From: a virus
Lineage: Duplodnaviria > Caudoviricetes
Virus record (IMG/VR): IMGVR_UViG_3300003375_000100
Coordinates: 1-29,306 of that record
DNA: 29,306 nt
Direction: 5' to 3' (one strand)
The position numbers were made by a program, and so were the translations under genes. Of this stretch, positions 15,566 to 25,353 are shown piece by piece. The number at the start of each line of letters is the position of its first letter. Positions within the stretch are counted from its first letter, which is position 1. The notes below the pieces were generated by a model. That model was not told where the DNA came from. It made no database searches and saw only the letters and a program-made list of their open reading frames with translations.

Positions 15566-17511
15566 TTTGGAACAATCCTATATTTAATACCGCTCTTAGT
15601 TGTTTGTGTGCCCTCAGGTTCGCTCTTACCGAGTCCATTCACCCTGGAGTCATCCTCAACTTTAAATACAGTCGGGAACTGTTTAGCCAATGCCGCGCGA
15701 GTGCTGTCTTCAAGCGCACGATATTGTGGCTCCTCTTCAAATTTTGCAAAGCTTGCATCATCACCACCGTGAGTGGCCTGATAGTCTACCCACATCTGAT
15801 GACGTGCTCTGTTAAACTGTGCGCCTTGCTTGATAATCTGCGCATTCATCAAGTTTGTCTCTGGTGTGTACTCAGATCCAACACCCTTTGTCTTTTGCGC
15901 CATGTTTTCAAGTCCGATACCCATACGAGCACCGTGGAAGATTTGTGCGGCATAGTCAACACCCAAATCGGCGGCCTGCTTATCTAACTCATCGCGCATA
16001 GACTGCTCATGCTGTGATAGGGTTGATCTTGCAACCAAGTCATTAGCCTTCTTCTCGTCCATATGTGCGAAAGGAATCATCTGGAGTGCTGTTACAGCGG
16101 CAGACTTTGGATCTGTCCAACCGCGCTTACCTATTCCAGATATATTCTTAAGTGATGGGTCTTTGGCTATGTTGGTTATTGCATCAGCCGCAAGCTCCAT
16201 TTTAGTTGCCTTCTGGGCATTATCTATCAAGGAAGATTGGCGCTTACCTGCGTCAACTGAGGCCTGATCTTTTTCCTTCTTGGCCGTCTCCATCTTATTC
16301 TCTGCGTCTTTTTTCTCTAAATCAATTTTTGCCTCGGCCCTTTTCTTGTTAAGCTCCATCTCGGTCTTGTTTCCAATACTCGGTGTTGTAGGCGCTGTTG
16401 TAATCCGCTTGTTAAGATCGGCTATTCTGCCGAGCCATGAGGTTAAGTTAGATGCCTGTGTTGGGTCTTTTGCCAAGTCAAGATAGTCGTTTGTGCGTTG
16501 CTGTAGCATCTTACGTGGCTCACCACCAGTAGACTGTATCAGTTTTTTAGCGTACTCTACGCCCTGATTAGCCGCCGCGTCAAGCGCTATCTCTGCCGAT
16601 TGTGGTGGCAACTTATCAGCACCAATTGCGTCCCAGTATCTGCTCTTATAGAGAGATTTTGCCTGTTCCGCTGTTAAGTTTTTAACGTCAATATCTGGAT
16701 TAGCCTTTTGGTTGATACCAAAGTTAACTGGCGCACCACTAGCGCCGTCCTTTGGATTGTATCCACCCTCGCGTGCCAATAATCCTGATACCGCGTTTTG
16801 GAATACGTCTGGTGATTGTGATCCTGTTGATGTTACGCCAGTTGACTGCATGGGCTGTACAGACACGCCTGAATTTAACAACTTAGCGGCCTGTCCGCGT
16901 GTCATTTGCTGTTCTTGACCGTTAACAGAAACAGTAACAATCTCGCTATTTGTTGGGCTGTATGTTTGACCGACTCTAGCGGCCTGTCCCTGCTCCAACA
17001 GTTTTTGTTTAAACTTTAATGCCTGCTGTGGGTCAACAGCCATTAACTGTCTGTATGTTTGCACGTCCTGCATTGTTATATCCTGCGGTAGTGCATTCCC
17101 TTGAGCCTGTCCTTGTTGGGGTTGACCTTGCTGAGGTTGCCCACCAACCTGAGGCCCCCAACCACTGGCCGCGTCCTCTTGCGCCAGTCTTTGCTGTGTC
17201 GCCTGGTTGCCTCTAATGGCCGCCATCTGAGCACGCATATTAAACAGATCCTGAGCCTGTTGTTGTTTGTATTGCTCGCGCTCTGCTGTCTTGTTCATGA
17301 ACCCGGCCTGCATATCTTGAATTGCATTACCAAGGGGATTTTTTACAGAGCGTTGATTAATCAAATCTTGCATGTTGGCAAGTAACGCCTCAGTCTGTGT
17401 GGCGTCCAACATGTTATTACCAGGAACGGAAATGCCGCCCTTAACTGGAGCGGCCTTAACTACAGCGCCCGGGGAAAGTGAATCTAAACCACTTGTTGCT
17501 TCTTCAGCCAT
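15562..17511 (-). CDS. Ejection protein with GH108 (N-acetylmuramidase) domain
   Basis: LLAREGGY...NFGI...VKNLT.EQAK.LYKSRYWD...D.LP...ALDAAANQG embedded in a Gln/Ala-rich helical protein. Confidence 0.8.
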   Translation of the reverse strand: MAEEATSGLDSLSPGAVVKAAPVKGGISVPGNNMLDATQTEALLANMQDLINQRSVKNPLGNAIQDMQAGFMNKTAEREQYKQQQAQDLFNMRAQMAAIRGNQATQQRLAQEDAASGWGPQVGGQPQQGQPQQGQAQGNALPQDITMQDVQTYRQLMAVDPQQALKFKQKLLEQGQAARVGQTYSPTNSEIVTVSVNGQEQQMTRGQAAKLLNSGVSVQPMQSTGVTSTGSQSPDVFQNAVSGLLAREGGYNPKDGASGAPVNFGINQKANPDIDVKNLTAEQAKSLYKSRYWDAIGADKLPPQSAEIALDAAANQGVEYAKKLIQSTGGEPRKMLQQRTNDYLDLAKDPTQASNLTSWLGRIADLNKRITTAPTTPSIGNKTEMELNKKRAEAKIDLEKKDAENKMETAKKEKDQASVDAGKRQSSLIDNAQKATKMELAADAITNIAKDPSLKNISGIGKRGWTDPKSAAVTALQMIPFAHMDEKKANDLVARSTLSQHEQSMRDELDKQAADLGVDYAAQIFHGARMGIGLENMAQKTKGVGSEYTPETNLMNAQIIKQGAQFNRARHQMWVDYQATHGGDDASFAKFEEEPQYRALEDSTRAALAKQFPTVFKVEDDSRVNGLGKSEPEGTQTTKSGIKYRIVPK

Positions 17512-17524
17512 TATTTATTCCTTA

Positions 17525-18526
17525 TTAGGGTCCGCTTTGATCGACCAAACTTGAATTAGTGCTTGGGTCTATGGTGGTGTACCCTGGAGCGTTAGGGTCA
17601 AAATTGCTCATGTTCACGTTTGGAACTGCCGCGTTAGGTGTCGGCTCATTCGCAGACATCGCGGCATTGTTTGCTTGGATAGTTGACAGATTAGTTGGGT
17701 CTGGAGTTGAGTTCCATCCTGAAGATCCCGCGCCAGTTATTAAATTGCCTAAACTGCTAATCAGACTAGAACCGAGTCCGTTAGGATTGCCCGCGGCGTA
17801 ATTTGATAGACCACTGAGTAAGCTGAGTGGTGATACGTTTGTTGTGTTTGTGACTGTCGTTGGCGCCTGTACAGACCCTAAAATGCTTGCCAGGTCCGCC
17901 GTTGCTGTCAACGGGCTTGCTTGTTGCGCCTGTCCAAGGGTTGTCTCTGCCGCTGTTCCCTGAGCGCCTGATTGACTCTCCGCAGAGGCCGCATTGGCAC
18001 CAGTTGATTGGTTGTTTAATGCCGCAGTATTCAGCGCTGTATTCATTGTATTCAGCGCATTGCCGTATGCATTCTCTTGCGCCGTCTGTCCGCGTAGGCT
18101 ACCGAACTGTCCGGCCGATGTCGCGCCTGCGCCAGTCTGAGCACCGATTTGTGGTAGTGTGGTGTTAAGTGCCTGCTGTTCTGAGGCCGCAAGCCCACCG
18201 AGTGCTGTGTTTGTGTTTGGAGATATTGATCCATTTGCGTTTGTAATCCATGGATTAGCCGCTCCGGATGCGATTGTGTTTAATGTGCCCTGGGCCTGAG
18301 TAAATGGGTTATTTGACCCGCTCAACTGGTTAATGGCTTGGCCGGCAACAGTATTCTGTAGCGCAGGAACTGCCGCCGCGTTGGCCGTTGCGCTGTTAAC
18401 TAGATTTTGCTGTGCCGTGTCATACCATGATGGTAGCGTTGTTGCAGTTGATGAGCTGTTTGTGCCTAAACTGCCAAGTTGATTTGCTGTGGAGTTTAAT
18501 CCAGAGACGATACTAGAAAGTGCCAT
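17525..18526 (-). CDS. Putative DNA transfer/pilot (ejection) protein
   Basis: Ala/Asn/Gly/Gln-rich with TTLPSWY, NPW and AGQFGSLR patterns; lies between tail genes and the large ejection proteins. Confidence 0.6.
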   Translation of the reverse strand: MALSSIVSGLNSTANQLGSLGTNSSSTATTLPSWYDTAQQNLVNSATANAAAVPALQNTVAGQAINQLSGSNNPFTQAQGTLNTIASGAANPWITNANGSISPNTNTALGGLAASEQQALNTTLPQIGAQTGAGATSAGQFGSLRGQTAQENAYGNALNTMNTALNTAALNNQSTGANAASAESQSGAQGTAAETTLGQAQQASPLTATADLASILGSVQAPTTVTNTTNVSPLSLLSGLSNYAAGNPNGLGSSLISSLGNLITGAGSSGWNSTPDPTNLSTIQANNAAMSANEPTPNAAVPNVNMSNFDPNAPGYTTIDPSTNSSLVDQSGP

Positions 18527-18527
18527 G

Positions 18528-19349
18528 TTATGCCTTCACTTTTTTATGTGCTTCTGATATGTAGGCTAAGGCGCCCTTGCTATCAGGTGGTAATTGTTTT
18601 GGATCGTGCGCCTTTTTATGTGCGCGAATTGTTTCCAAGAAATGGTCCAATACTTTAGCCCCGCTGTCATTACTGCCATTGCCTAATGCAGACACAACAT
18701 CCGCAGGAATAACGAACTCACCGTTTGCAAGCATCGCAGGGACGTCATCGCTTGTGCCGTCACCCGCGCCTTTAACAAACCTGTTATGCATCCCACCCTC
18801 ACTGTAAAATTCTGGTACGTGTCCGCCATCCGCAAAGTGAGGTGCGTTACTTAAGTAGGAGTGCGGTACTGGTGGTGTGAGTGAGACCCTAGTACTTCCA
18901 TGGAATATCCCGCCAGATGGTGGCATAACATCACCTCCGCCGGCGTAGTGATTAACTAGACCACCTTGTGCCATGTAATCATTAGACGCAGTCGGTGCAG
19001 AAAATGTGGCCCCGTATGGGTTAATAGATATTGGATTTGCTTTTGTAAGGCCTGGCGTCTGTTTTGACGCGCCTGTCTGGTTTAGTGTAGATAAACCACT
19101 TGGGGATGCAGTCCCGCCTGTTGTATTGGCCGTTGGTGTAGTTGCTGATGGGCTAGATGATGAACCACCTAATAATCCCGCTGTAGCGTTAAGTGCCGCC
19201 ATATCAGCCATTGGGTTTGTCCCGCCCTGCATAACAGCGGATCCAATAGCGCCAATTTGAGCAATAGTAGGCGCCAGGTTTTTAATTGCCTGTACCGGGT
19301 TGCTTACTGCATTCTCAATATTACCAATTGGGTCGGACCAAAAGCTCAT
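18528..19349 (-). CDS. Putative internal virion protein with repeated xxxGG tags and G.GDGTSD..PAML..GEFV domain
   Basis: MAQGG, YAGGG, FADGG, YSEGG followed by GAGDGTSDDVPAMLANGEFVIPADVV. Confidence 0.7.
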   Translation of the reverse strand: MSFWSDPIGNIENAVSNPVQAIKNLAPTIAQIGAIGSAVMQGGTNPMADMAALNATAGLLGGSSSSPSATTPTANTTGGTASPSGLSTLNQTGASKQTPGLTKANPISINPYGATFSAPTASNDYMAQGGLVNHYAGGGDVMPPSGGIFHGSTRVSLTPPVPHSYLSNAPHFADGGHVPEFYSEGGMHNRFVKGAGDGTSDDVPAMLANGEFVIPADVVSALGNGSNDSGAKVLDHFLETIRAHKKAHDPKQLPPDSKGALAYISEAHKKVKA

Positions 19350-19371
19350 TTTAAATTCCTGTTATGCTATA

Positions 19372-19383
19372 TATATTAATGCA
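19372..19383 (-). promoter_or_regulatory. TGCATTAATATA motif (copy 3)
   Basis: Intergenic, upstream of the ejection-protein genes, on the coding strand. Confidence 0.6.
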
Positions 19384-19409
19384 GAAAACACTGGCTTAAT
19401 GCCCCGTGG

Positions 19410-19670
19410 CTATCGTGTTTTGCCGTTAACAATTGTTGTAAAATCGTCGGCCCACTCTTGCCAACTTGAGTATGATGTTGCATCAGGTATGGCATATGAT
19501 GAAAACGTTGGTGTACTCGCGATAGACGCGGCCGTTTCCTGCCAATTATCTTCTGAGGCCATTGCGAACGGTTCCTGGCCATAATACATAGCCAACTGTC
19601 CTGTGTAATCTTCCCAACTTGTAAAATTAGGAAGAACCGGAAAGAACTGATTAATCTTCCTAGCCGTCAT
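19410..19670 (-). CDS. Small hypothetical virion-region protein
   Basis: 86 aa, Trp-repeat pattern (SWEDY, NWQE, SWQEWA); ATGA-coupled to upstream gene. Confidence 0.75.
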   Translation of the reverse strand: MTARKINQFFPVLPNFTSWEDYTGQLAMYYGQEPFAMASEDNWQETAASIASTPTFSSYAIPDATSYSSWQEWADDFTTIVNGKTR

Positions 19671-21820
19671 GGCCTCTCATCGCCCAACTCTACGGTCATA
19701 AGGATACGTCCTAGCTCATAGTCACCGTCTACTTCGTTAGACTCAAACTTTAATCGAGCCTCTCTATGCTCAATCCTGGTATCTATTTTATTTGGATTGG
19801 TCGTATTAGGCCCGAACGGTATAGGTCCGCTGTCCTCTTCAGGACCATTAGCAAACTTCTTACCAAGCACGCTCATATTTAGCGTACCAGACTGCACAAA
19901 GTCAGGCTCAACTCTACGTATATGTAAACGCCTATTAATCCCAACAGCCTCTGCATGTGTCGATGGATTGCCTGCAAGCCAACTCAAGTCACATGTCGTA
20001 AAACTGGAGTCGATCGCACTCTCTTGAGTTAACGATACTTGATTAACACCTTGCTCATGTTGCCAAATCGCGTACCCACCTGTGACCAAATATGCCGTTG
20101 TACCGACAGCAGGCGCTGTTGCGAGTGATGTCGTCAAGGTGACCAATGTAGCCCCAGGCATTCCAGTTGCCGTAGTCAATACAAACGTACTGTTTGATAC
20201 TTTGTACTTTGTATTGGTCGGGCTGTTATAGAACGTTACATATGAACCTGGTCCAAATGTAGGCGTTGCATCACCCTTTAAATAGAATTGATAGCTAGTA
20301 GGCGCAGATTGACCGGTTGGTGTACCGACAACATAAAATGCCTCACCAAACTTAACGTTATAGTTCCAGTCGGCCCATATTGGGTTAGGAAAGATCTCTG
20401 TTGTATATCCGCATGATCTTTGTGAGCCAATGGCCTGCCCCGCGTCATACCAAATTTGATCCTTGACGTTGTAAATAATAGCATCATTGCACTCTGTAGA
20501 CGTGCCGCGGGGATAGAAAAACCAAATCTCGTTATAGCGAGGGACCTTAGTAGCCCATACCTTCTGACGCTGTGCATAATTCAGGTTATTAAATAACCAG
20601 TTTACGTTCTTATCGTTTGGCAATAATTTAACACTGCCGTTGTACAAGTAGAACCTATCAACGCCCATCCAGTAATATACACCGTCCATCTCAACAATTG
20701 AGTTAGATGACATAACAGATATCTGACTGGATATGATGTCATAGCTCCAGTAGTAGGGCGCTGTACCGTTAAACGATACACGAATTAAACTGTCTGTAGC
20801 CCAAAAAAGTCCGGAGGGTGAGTTAGTACCTCCCCTCATTGGCATACCTCTAATAATCTTACTTGAGGACATGTTGACCTGGTTGGCTGTCGCGCCGTTC
20901 CAGTCTGTTAGTCCCTGAACGCTGTACGTCGTGCTGACGTTGTTGTTGGCGATATATCCATCATTACCGAACACAAAAAGGTACGGATAGAGCACACAAA
21001 CGCCGCCAGAGACGCTAATTGGTTGGAACGTAGGGTACTGACCACCGCTATCAGATAGGCCCGTGAGCGTCCATTGATCGCTACTGTTGGGCAGTATACT
21101 GCCGATCTGGACCTGGGTATTAACTGCGTTGTCAATAGACGCAAGGTTCTGACCTGGATGAGCTATAAGCTCAAGCGCGCCACCAACTGGACTGTATTGC
21201 GCATCAAATTGCCATAATAGATTAGAGTTTGCGGCAAAGTTATTATTGTCAACGTATACGTATGTTAAGGAGTTGACTGGGACTGAGGGGCTTCCGGAGA
21301 ACGTGACGACGGTGTTTGGGGTGGAAAAGGAGGACGAGGTAACGGTATAAACCGACGCGCCAGGAGTTTGAGAAAATACGATTTTTGTGCCACTTGGAAA
21401 CGCCGCTGTATAGTTAACGATTGGGGATGCTGTGCTAGTTAATGTAAAGGTTGTAGCGGTGTTGGAAACGACAGCGACTTGGTTATAACCTGGATCGAAT
21501 ATAGCGCTGTAAGGCCCGGATCCAACGCCATAAGTATTGCCAGTAGTGAATACATCAAGACCGTTTTGATTTCCTGCAAAAACATAGTTAACTCCATTAT
21601 AAGGGATGGCGATCATGCCCCTTGGTATGCCATTGAATGTGCTTAAAAGTTGACTATACCCGCCCATTTTCTTGGGCGTGCCACGTTGAAACCTGCACCA
21701 CACACCATCAGTGTACTCGGCAGTTTCAAATACTGTTCCATCTCTTTTAATACCCGGCTTTACTGCCAAAGAATAAACCTGGCCATACTGCTGTTGTATT
21801 TGTGTTGCGTCATCCGCCAT
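19667..21820 (-). CDS. Tail nozzle/stabilisation protein (P22 gp10 / tubular protein B-like)
   Basis: 717 aa beta-rich; PGI.RDGT, W.RF..G.P.KMGG, YWMG...FY.Y.G, YNEIWFFYP, RRVEPDF; position after adaptor genes. Confidence 0.65.
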   Translation of the reverse strand: MADDATQIQQQYGQVYSLAVKPGIKRDGTVFETAEYTDGVWCRFQRGTPKKMGGYSQLLSTFNGIPRGMIAIPYNGVNYVFAGNQNGLDVFTTGNTYGVGSGPYSAIFDPGYNQVAVVSNTATTFTLTSTASPIVNYTAAFPSGTKIVFSQTPGASVYTVTSSSFSTPNTVVTFSGSPSVPVNSLTYVYVDNNNFAANSNLLWQFDAQYSPVGGALELIAHPGQNLASIDNAVNTQVQIGSILPNSSDQWTLTGLSDSGGQYPTFQPISVSGGVCVLYPYLFVFGNDGYIANNNVSTTYSVQGLTDWNGATANQVNMSSSKIIRGMPMRGGTNSPSGLFWATDSLIRVSFNGTAPYYWSYDIISSQISVMSSNSIVEMDGVYYWMGVDRFYLYNGSVKLLPNDKNVNWLFNNLNYAQRQKVWATKVPRYNEIWFFYPRGTSTECNDAIIYNVKDQIWYDAGQAIGSQRSCGYTTEIFPNPIWADWNYNVKFGEAFYVVGTPTGQSAPTSYQFYLKGDATPTFGPGSYVTFYNSPTNTKYKVSNSTFVLTTATGMPGATLVTLTTSLATAPAVGTTAYLVTGGYAIWQHEQGVNQVSLTQESAIDSSFTTCDLSWLAGNPSTHAEAVGINRRLHIRRVEPDFVQSGTLNMSVLGKKFANGPEEDSGPIPFGPNTTNPNKIDTRIEHREARLKFESNEVDGDYELGRILMTVELGDERP

Positions 21821-23091
21821 TAGAATCCTCCACCGGATATTCCACCAAGCGCGGTAAATGCCGCAGGGGTCGTCATCGTCGGGGCTGATAGGTTTGTATT
21901 GTTAATATCTAACATATTAACTCCGTGAGCAGACAGTCCTAATATACTGGTACCAATCAAGTACATACCAGAGGATGCATCGGCGTTAAATGTAAAAGCA
22001 GGAGCCGCCGCGCTACCAGTTGTCGTACTTGACAAGTTGGTGATGACAGACTGAGTAATAACGTACAGATTACCGCCGGTACAGAGAATCGTTGCCGTTG
22101 ATCCTGCAGATAACGTAATCGGTGAGAATGAACTGCCAGATGCCTGGAATTGGATCACGTAAGAACCGGAACTGGTCGCGTTTGATATCACATAGTACTG
22201 AGTAACAGCAGGCAGTGTGACGAGTAAGTTAGTTGTTCTTGTGCCAGATAATGCCACATACGTTTGCAGGATTGGTGCATATGCCGTCAAACTAAAAGCA
22301 CTTCCAACAATGCTATCTACGTCATAAGTCGCGGCGGTAAACGTCACGTTTGATGGGACAGACCAACCTACAGTAAAGAAGTTGCCGGATCCAATATCAT
22401 AGAAGATAAAACCAGAGTCACCCTGGTCCGTCTGAATGTTTGTATTGCCATTGATTAACTCAGTATTTACCGTTGCAATAGTAAGGGTACCAGTCCCTGC
22501 ATTTCTGAATCCAATCCACCAACCTGCTGATAGTCCGCTTGTTGATGGTAATGTCAGTGTCCCCACTCCCGCCGTCCATACATAAGTATTACCACGACTG
22601 GCGTTTGTGATTGTTGGTGCGACCGATACCTGAACTATGTTACTCGTTGCCGCTAATTGACCTGATATAACGGTCAATCCCGCGCCTGCGAGTGTACTGG
22701 CGCTTGCGACAGATGAGTTAATACCGAATATAGTATTACCCCAAACACCTGCAAAGGTTGAGTTATTAGTTAGATAAAAGTAAAGTGATGCGCCAGGTGC
22801 TACAGTAGTTCCGTTCTGACCAGATGCGTCCGTAACAATAAATGAGTACAGAGATGACTTGTTGTTGAACAGTATATCCGATCCAACAGAGCCCTGATCT
22901 GCCTCAGGCAGTAGTATAGTCAGCCCGTTTGCTGTTGGCGTGCAGTCCATAATCCTGGCCGCGGAGACCTGGGTCGGGTTAACAACAGACGGCCAGTAGA
23001 GTGGTGTGTTTGCACTAAAAGAAAGCGCGTAATACGATACGTCCGTTGGTTCAATAACGGTACCAGTAAACGGGGATGTGAATGTTGACAT
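21820..23091 (-). CDS. Tail-associated structural protein (fibre/needle-like)
   Basis: Ser/Thr/Gly-rich beta repeats (TLTLP...GWW...N.G.GTLTI), GSAAAPAFTF..D..SG motif. Confidence 0.65.
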   Translation of the reverse strand: MSTFTSPFTGTVIEPTDVSYYALSFSANTPLYWPSVVNPTQVSAARIMDCTPTANGLTILLPEADQGSVGSDILFNNKSSLYSFIVTDASGQNGTTVAPGASLYFYLTNNSTFAGVWGNTIFGINSSVASASTLAGAGLTVISGQLAATSNIVQVSVAPTITNASRGNTYVWTAGVGTLTLPSTSGLSAGWWIGFRNAGTGTLTIATVNTELINGNTNIQTDQGDSGFIFYDIGSGNFFTVGWSVPSNVTFTAATYDVDSIVGSAFSLTAYAPILQTYVALSGTRTTNLLVTLPAVTQYYVISNATSSGSYVIQFQASGSSFSPITLSAGSTATILCTGGNLYVITQSVITNLSSTTTGSAAAPAFTFNADASSGMYLIGTSILGLSAHGVNMLDINNTNLSAPTMTTPAAFTALGGISGGGF

Positions 23092-23094
23092 TTA

Positions 23095-23715
23095 TTAGGG
23101 TTCCTGAACAGATACGTTTCTGTCAATACGACGTGAGTTATCTTCTTTCTTGATTGCCGCCATAGCGCTGTCGTAGTAACCTTTCCAGATTGCTATTTTA
23201 TCTTGCGCCTTGAGGTAGACCATTGCATGGTACATAGACCCATACAGCATTAGCTGAGGTGTTGTTGCAGTAAAAAGATTTTCTTGATTGTTTGAATCAA
23301 GCGGTTGAACTAGACTGTAGTATATGATCTCAACTGGGTAGGATGCATCTGGTTTTGGTGCAAACGTCCAGTTCATGTAGTCATAGTCTGCATAGTATTG
23401 TGGCTGACTGCTACTTGACTCATTTTGATACATCGCCACATAGTCTTGACTGCGCAAAAGCATTGGCTCGCCGTTGATCTTCATGGAGACTGTTTTTCTC
23501 CATCTTGCAGGCTTTGCCAGTACAGTTTGATTTTGCGCTAGTGTGGTCTCTACAACAATCAGTTGTAAAAATGTTTTCAACTCGGCGGCAATAGACGCCT
23601 CAGCCAACGCAATAATGGTCGGGATAGTTGCCACAAACTGTGGATCATTACGTTCTGTATAGTTAATGATGTCCGCAGTCAGCGAATCATATGTCATTAC
23701 TGATGTGGTTGTCAT
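23095..23715 (-). CDS. Head-tail adaptor-like protein
   Basis: TY..L...I..Y.ER.D, IP..I.LAE, P.YYA, P.PD..Y, P.L.LYG patterns. Confidence 0.65.
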   Translation of the reverse strand: MTTTSVMTYDSLTADIINYTERNDPQFVATIPTIIALAEASIAAELKTFLQLIVVETTLAQNQTVLAKPARWRKTVSMKINGEPMLLRSQDYVAMYQNESSSSQPQYYADYDYMNWTFAPKPDASYPVEIIYYSLVQPLDSNNQENLFTATTPQLMLYGSMYHAMVYLKAQDKIAIWKGYYDSAMAAIKKEDNSRRIDRNVSVQEP

Positions 23716-24782
23716 CTTGTGTAGTATGAGAAGTTAGGTTGGAAGTAAATAGGCGACTTATCGCGGTCCTCTTCCTCGGCCTCTGTACGCATTTGTAGCG
23801 CAAGTGCTTTTAATTCTGCTCGTCTTCCAGAATCAACTTCAGGTAACTGAAACGCCAACTTGTATGACAATTCAGACTGAATGTATGGTATCCAACGATT
23901 TGGTAGGTACAACTGATTTGTTAAAGACCCAACATCCTGTGGCTGTGTCTCAATAACCAACTGGAATACCTGAAAGTCATTTGACGGCACCGGCCATAAG
24001 TACATCTGTGGGTCAATTGTTCTATTGAACCAGTACTGGAGCGATCTTACGCTTGGGAATTGTTTGTTTGGTAGGTTCCAGTAATCGTCGCGATTAAGTC
24101 GAGCTAATGGAATGACCTGCTGTGATTGTGCAAATACGATCTGACGAACGGAGAATGTTGTTGCTACAGTCTCCCTCAGTCTGTGGTAATAAAACCCTTG
24201 AGTAATATTAACCGGTGCATACGTCCACTGTTTGTCTGATACGGTAGTTGTTGGGATCTGAAACTGTTCAGTCCACGTCACGCCATCATTACTTGTCTCG
24301 TACACTAAGTTATACGTTACAGTGGATCCGTTTGTTGGGCTGTAGGCATTAAAGCCGACGTAATAGACAGAAGTTGCCTGGCCATACGCCGCGCCAAACC
24401 AGTTTTCACCAGTTGTCGTAGTCCCGTATCCGTTTAAATTGCCGTCAAAAACAACTGCTGAGGTTGCGTTATCAACTGGTAATGCTGAAGATATTTGTGG
24501 TGTCTGTATATAGACCCAGTTAGCCTCAAGCACGTCAATCGTATTAGTCGGCAGAGATAGTGTCTGCTGATTTGACTGAGCGCCGAGCACAACGTTCTCA
24601 AGTAGCCATAAATTTGGGCCACGGTTTACGCTGTTTTGAAGTATATAGAAAAGTGCCTGTTTGGCTGTGTTAACAAGCTCAGGAGTCATCTCCTCAGCTT
24701 GCTTCCCACAGTCACGAAACGAGTAGGCTATTAACTGATCTACATTAACCGAAGTTTGGTTTGTTGTTCCGGAGTAAGCCAC
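23712..24782 (-). CDS. Tail adaptor/tubular protein A-like with inserted discoidin-like domain
   Basis: SGTT, NRG.NLW, LPNK, YWF.R, LWPVP, P.RW, EEEDRD; central FDGN...SNDG..W insertion; GTG start. Confidence 0.6.
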   Translation of the reverse strand: MAYSGTTNQTSVNVDQLIAYSFRDCGKQAEEMTPELVNTAKQALFYILQNSVNRGPNLWLLENVVLGAQSNQQTLSLPTNTIDVLEANWVYIQTPQISSALPVDNATSAVVFDGNLNGYGTTTTGENWFGAAYGQATSVYYVGFNAYSPTNGSTVTYNLVYETSNDGVTWTEQFQIPTTTVSDKQWTYAPVNITQGFYYHRLRETVATTFSVRQIVFAQSQQVIPLARLNRDDYWNLPNKQFPSVRSLQYWFNRTIDPQMYLWPVPSNDFQVFQLVIETQPQDVGSLTNQLYLPNRWIPYIQSELSYKLAFQLPEVDSGRRAELKALALQMRTEAEEEDRDKSPIYFQPNFSYYTR

Positions 24783-24785
24783 AAA

Positions 24786-24953
24786 TTACCTTCCACGGCC
24801 AGATGATTTCCTTGCCGGTAGGTTTGGTTTAGCCTTCCCTGCTTTAACAAACTCTGCCCCTACCTTTTTAGGTATTCCTACCTTTTTGGCAAACTCAGGA
24901 TTGTTTTTAACGCCTTGCATAAGGCGCTCTTGTGCTTTAGATTGAATTGGCAA
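24786..24953 (-). CDS. Small basic protein (55 aa, MPIQSKAQERLMQGVKNNPEFAKKVGIPKKVGAEFVK...GRGR)
   Basis: TTG start with AGGAG RBS; fills the gap between neighbours; below the ORF-track cutoff. Confidence 0.75.
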   Translation of the reverse strand: MPIQSKAQERLMQGVKNNPEFAKKVGIPKKVGAEFVKAGKAKPNLPARKSSGRGR

Positions 24954-24962
24954 AATATTCTC

Positions 24963-25352
24963 CTAACATTTCCAACGGTTTAGTGCGGCTTTAGCACGTG
25001 GTGCATCGCCCTTTGCATGCTCGACCACACCAGACATACGAGCACAAAATGAGTCTTTTCTAGCACCGCCCTCTGGCTGTGGTGCCTTTAAATGTGAGCC
25101 AGTCTCACGATTGTATTTTTCACGACCCTTTTGAGTTAGACCTGCGCCCTGCTTTGTTGACAGCTTTTCTTTACGGCCAACAGAAAGAGAAACGGCACCG
25201 CCAGTTTTTTTATTTGCAGTCTTCTCAGATTGCTTAAAAGCCTCTGCTGTTGGTGCGCCTTTGGACCCAGGTTTTCTCATGTGCTCACCCGAACCTTTGG
25301 CTATACGTTCTTGCTTTTTATGAATATTCGCATAAAGTCCGGGTTTTGCCAT
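24963..25352 (-). CDS. Small basic two-module protein (C-terminal DUF6321-like)
   Basis: GLYANIH...GSGE.MRKPG.KGAPT module, KTGG linker, then GL..KGR..YN...LKAP...SFCARM...RWKC module. Confidence 0.75.
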   Translation of the reverse strand: MAKPGLYANIHKKQERIAKGSGEHMRKPGSKGAPTAEAFKQSEKTANKKTGGAVSLSVGRKEKLSTKQGAGLTQKGREKYNRETGSHLKAPQPEGGARKDSFCARMSGVVEHAKGDAPRAKAALNRWKC

Positions 25353-25353
25353 G

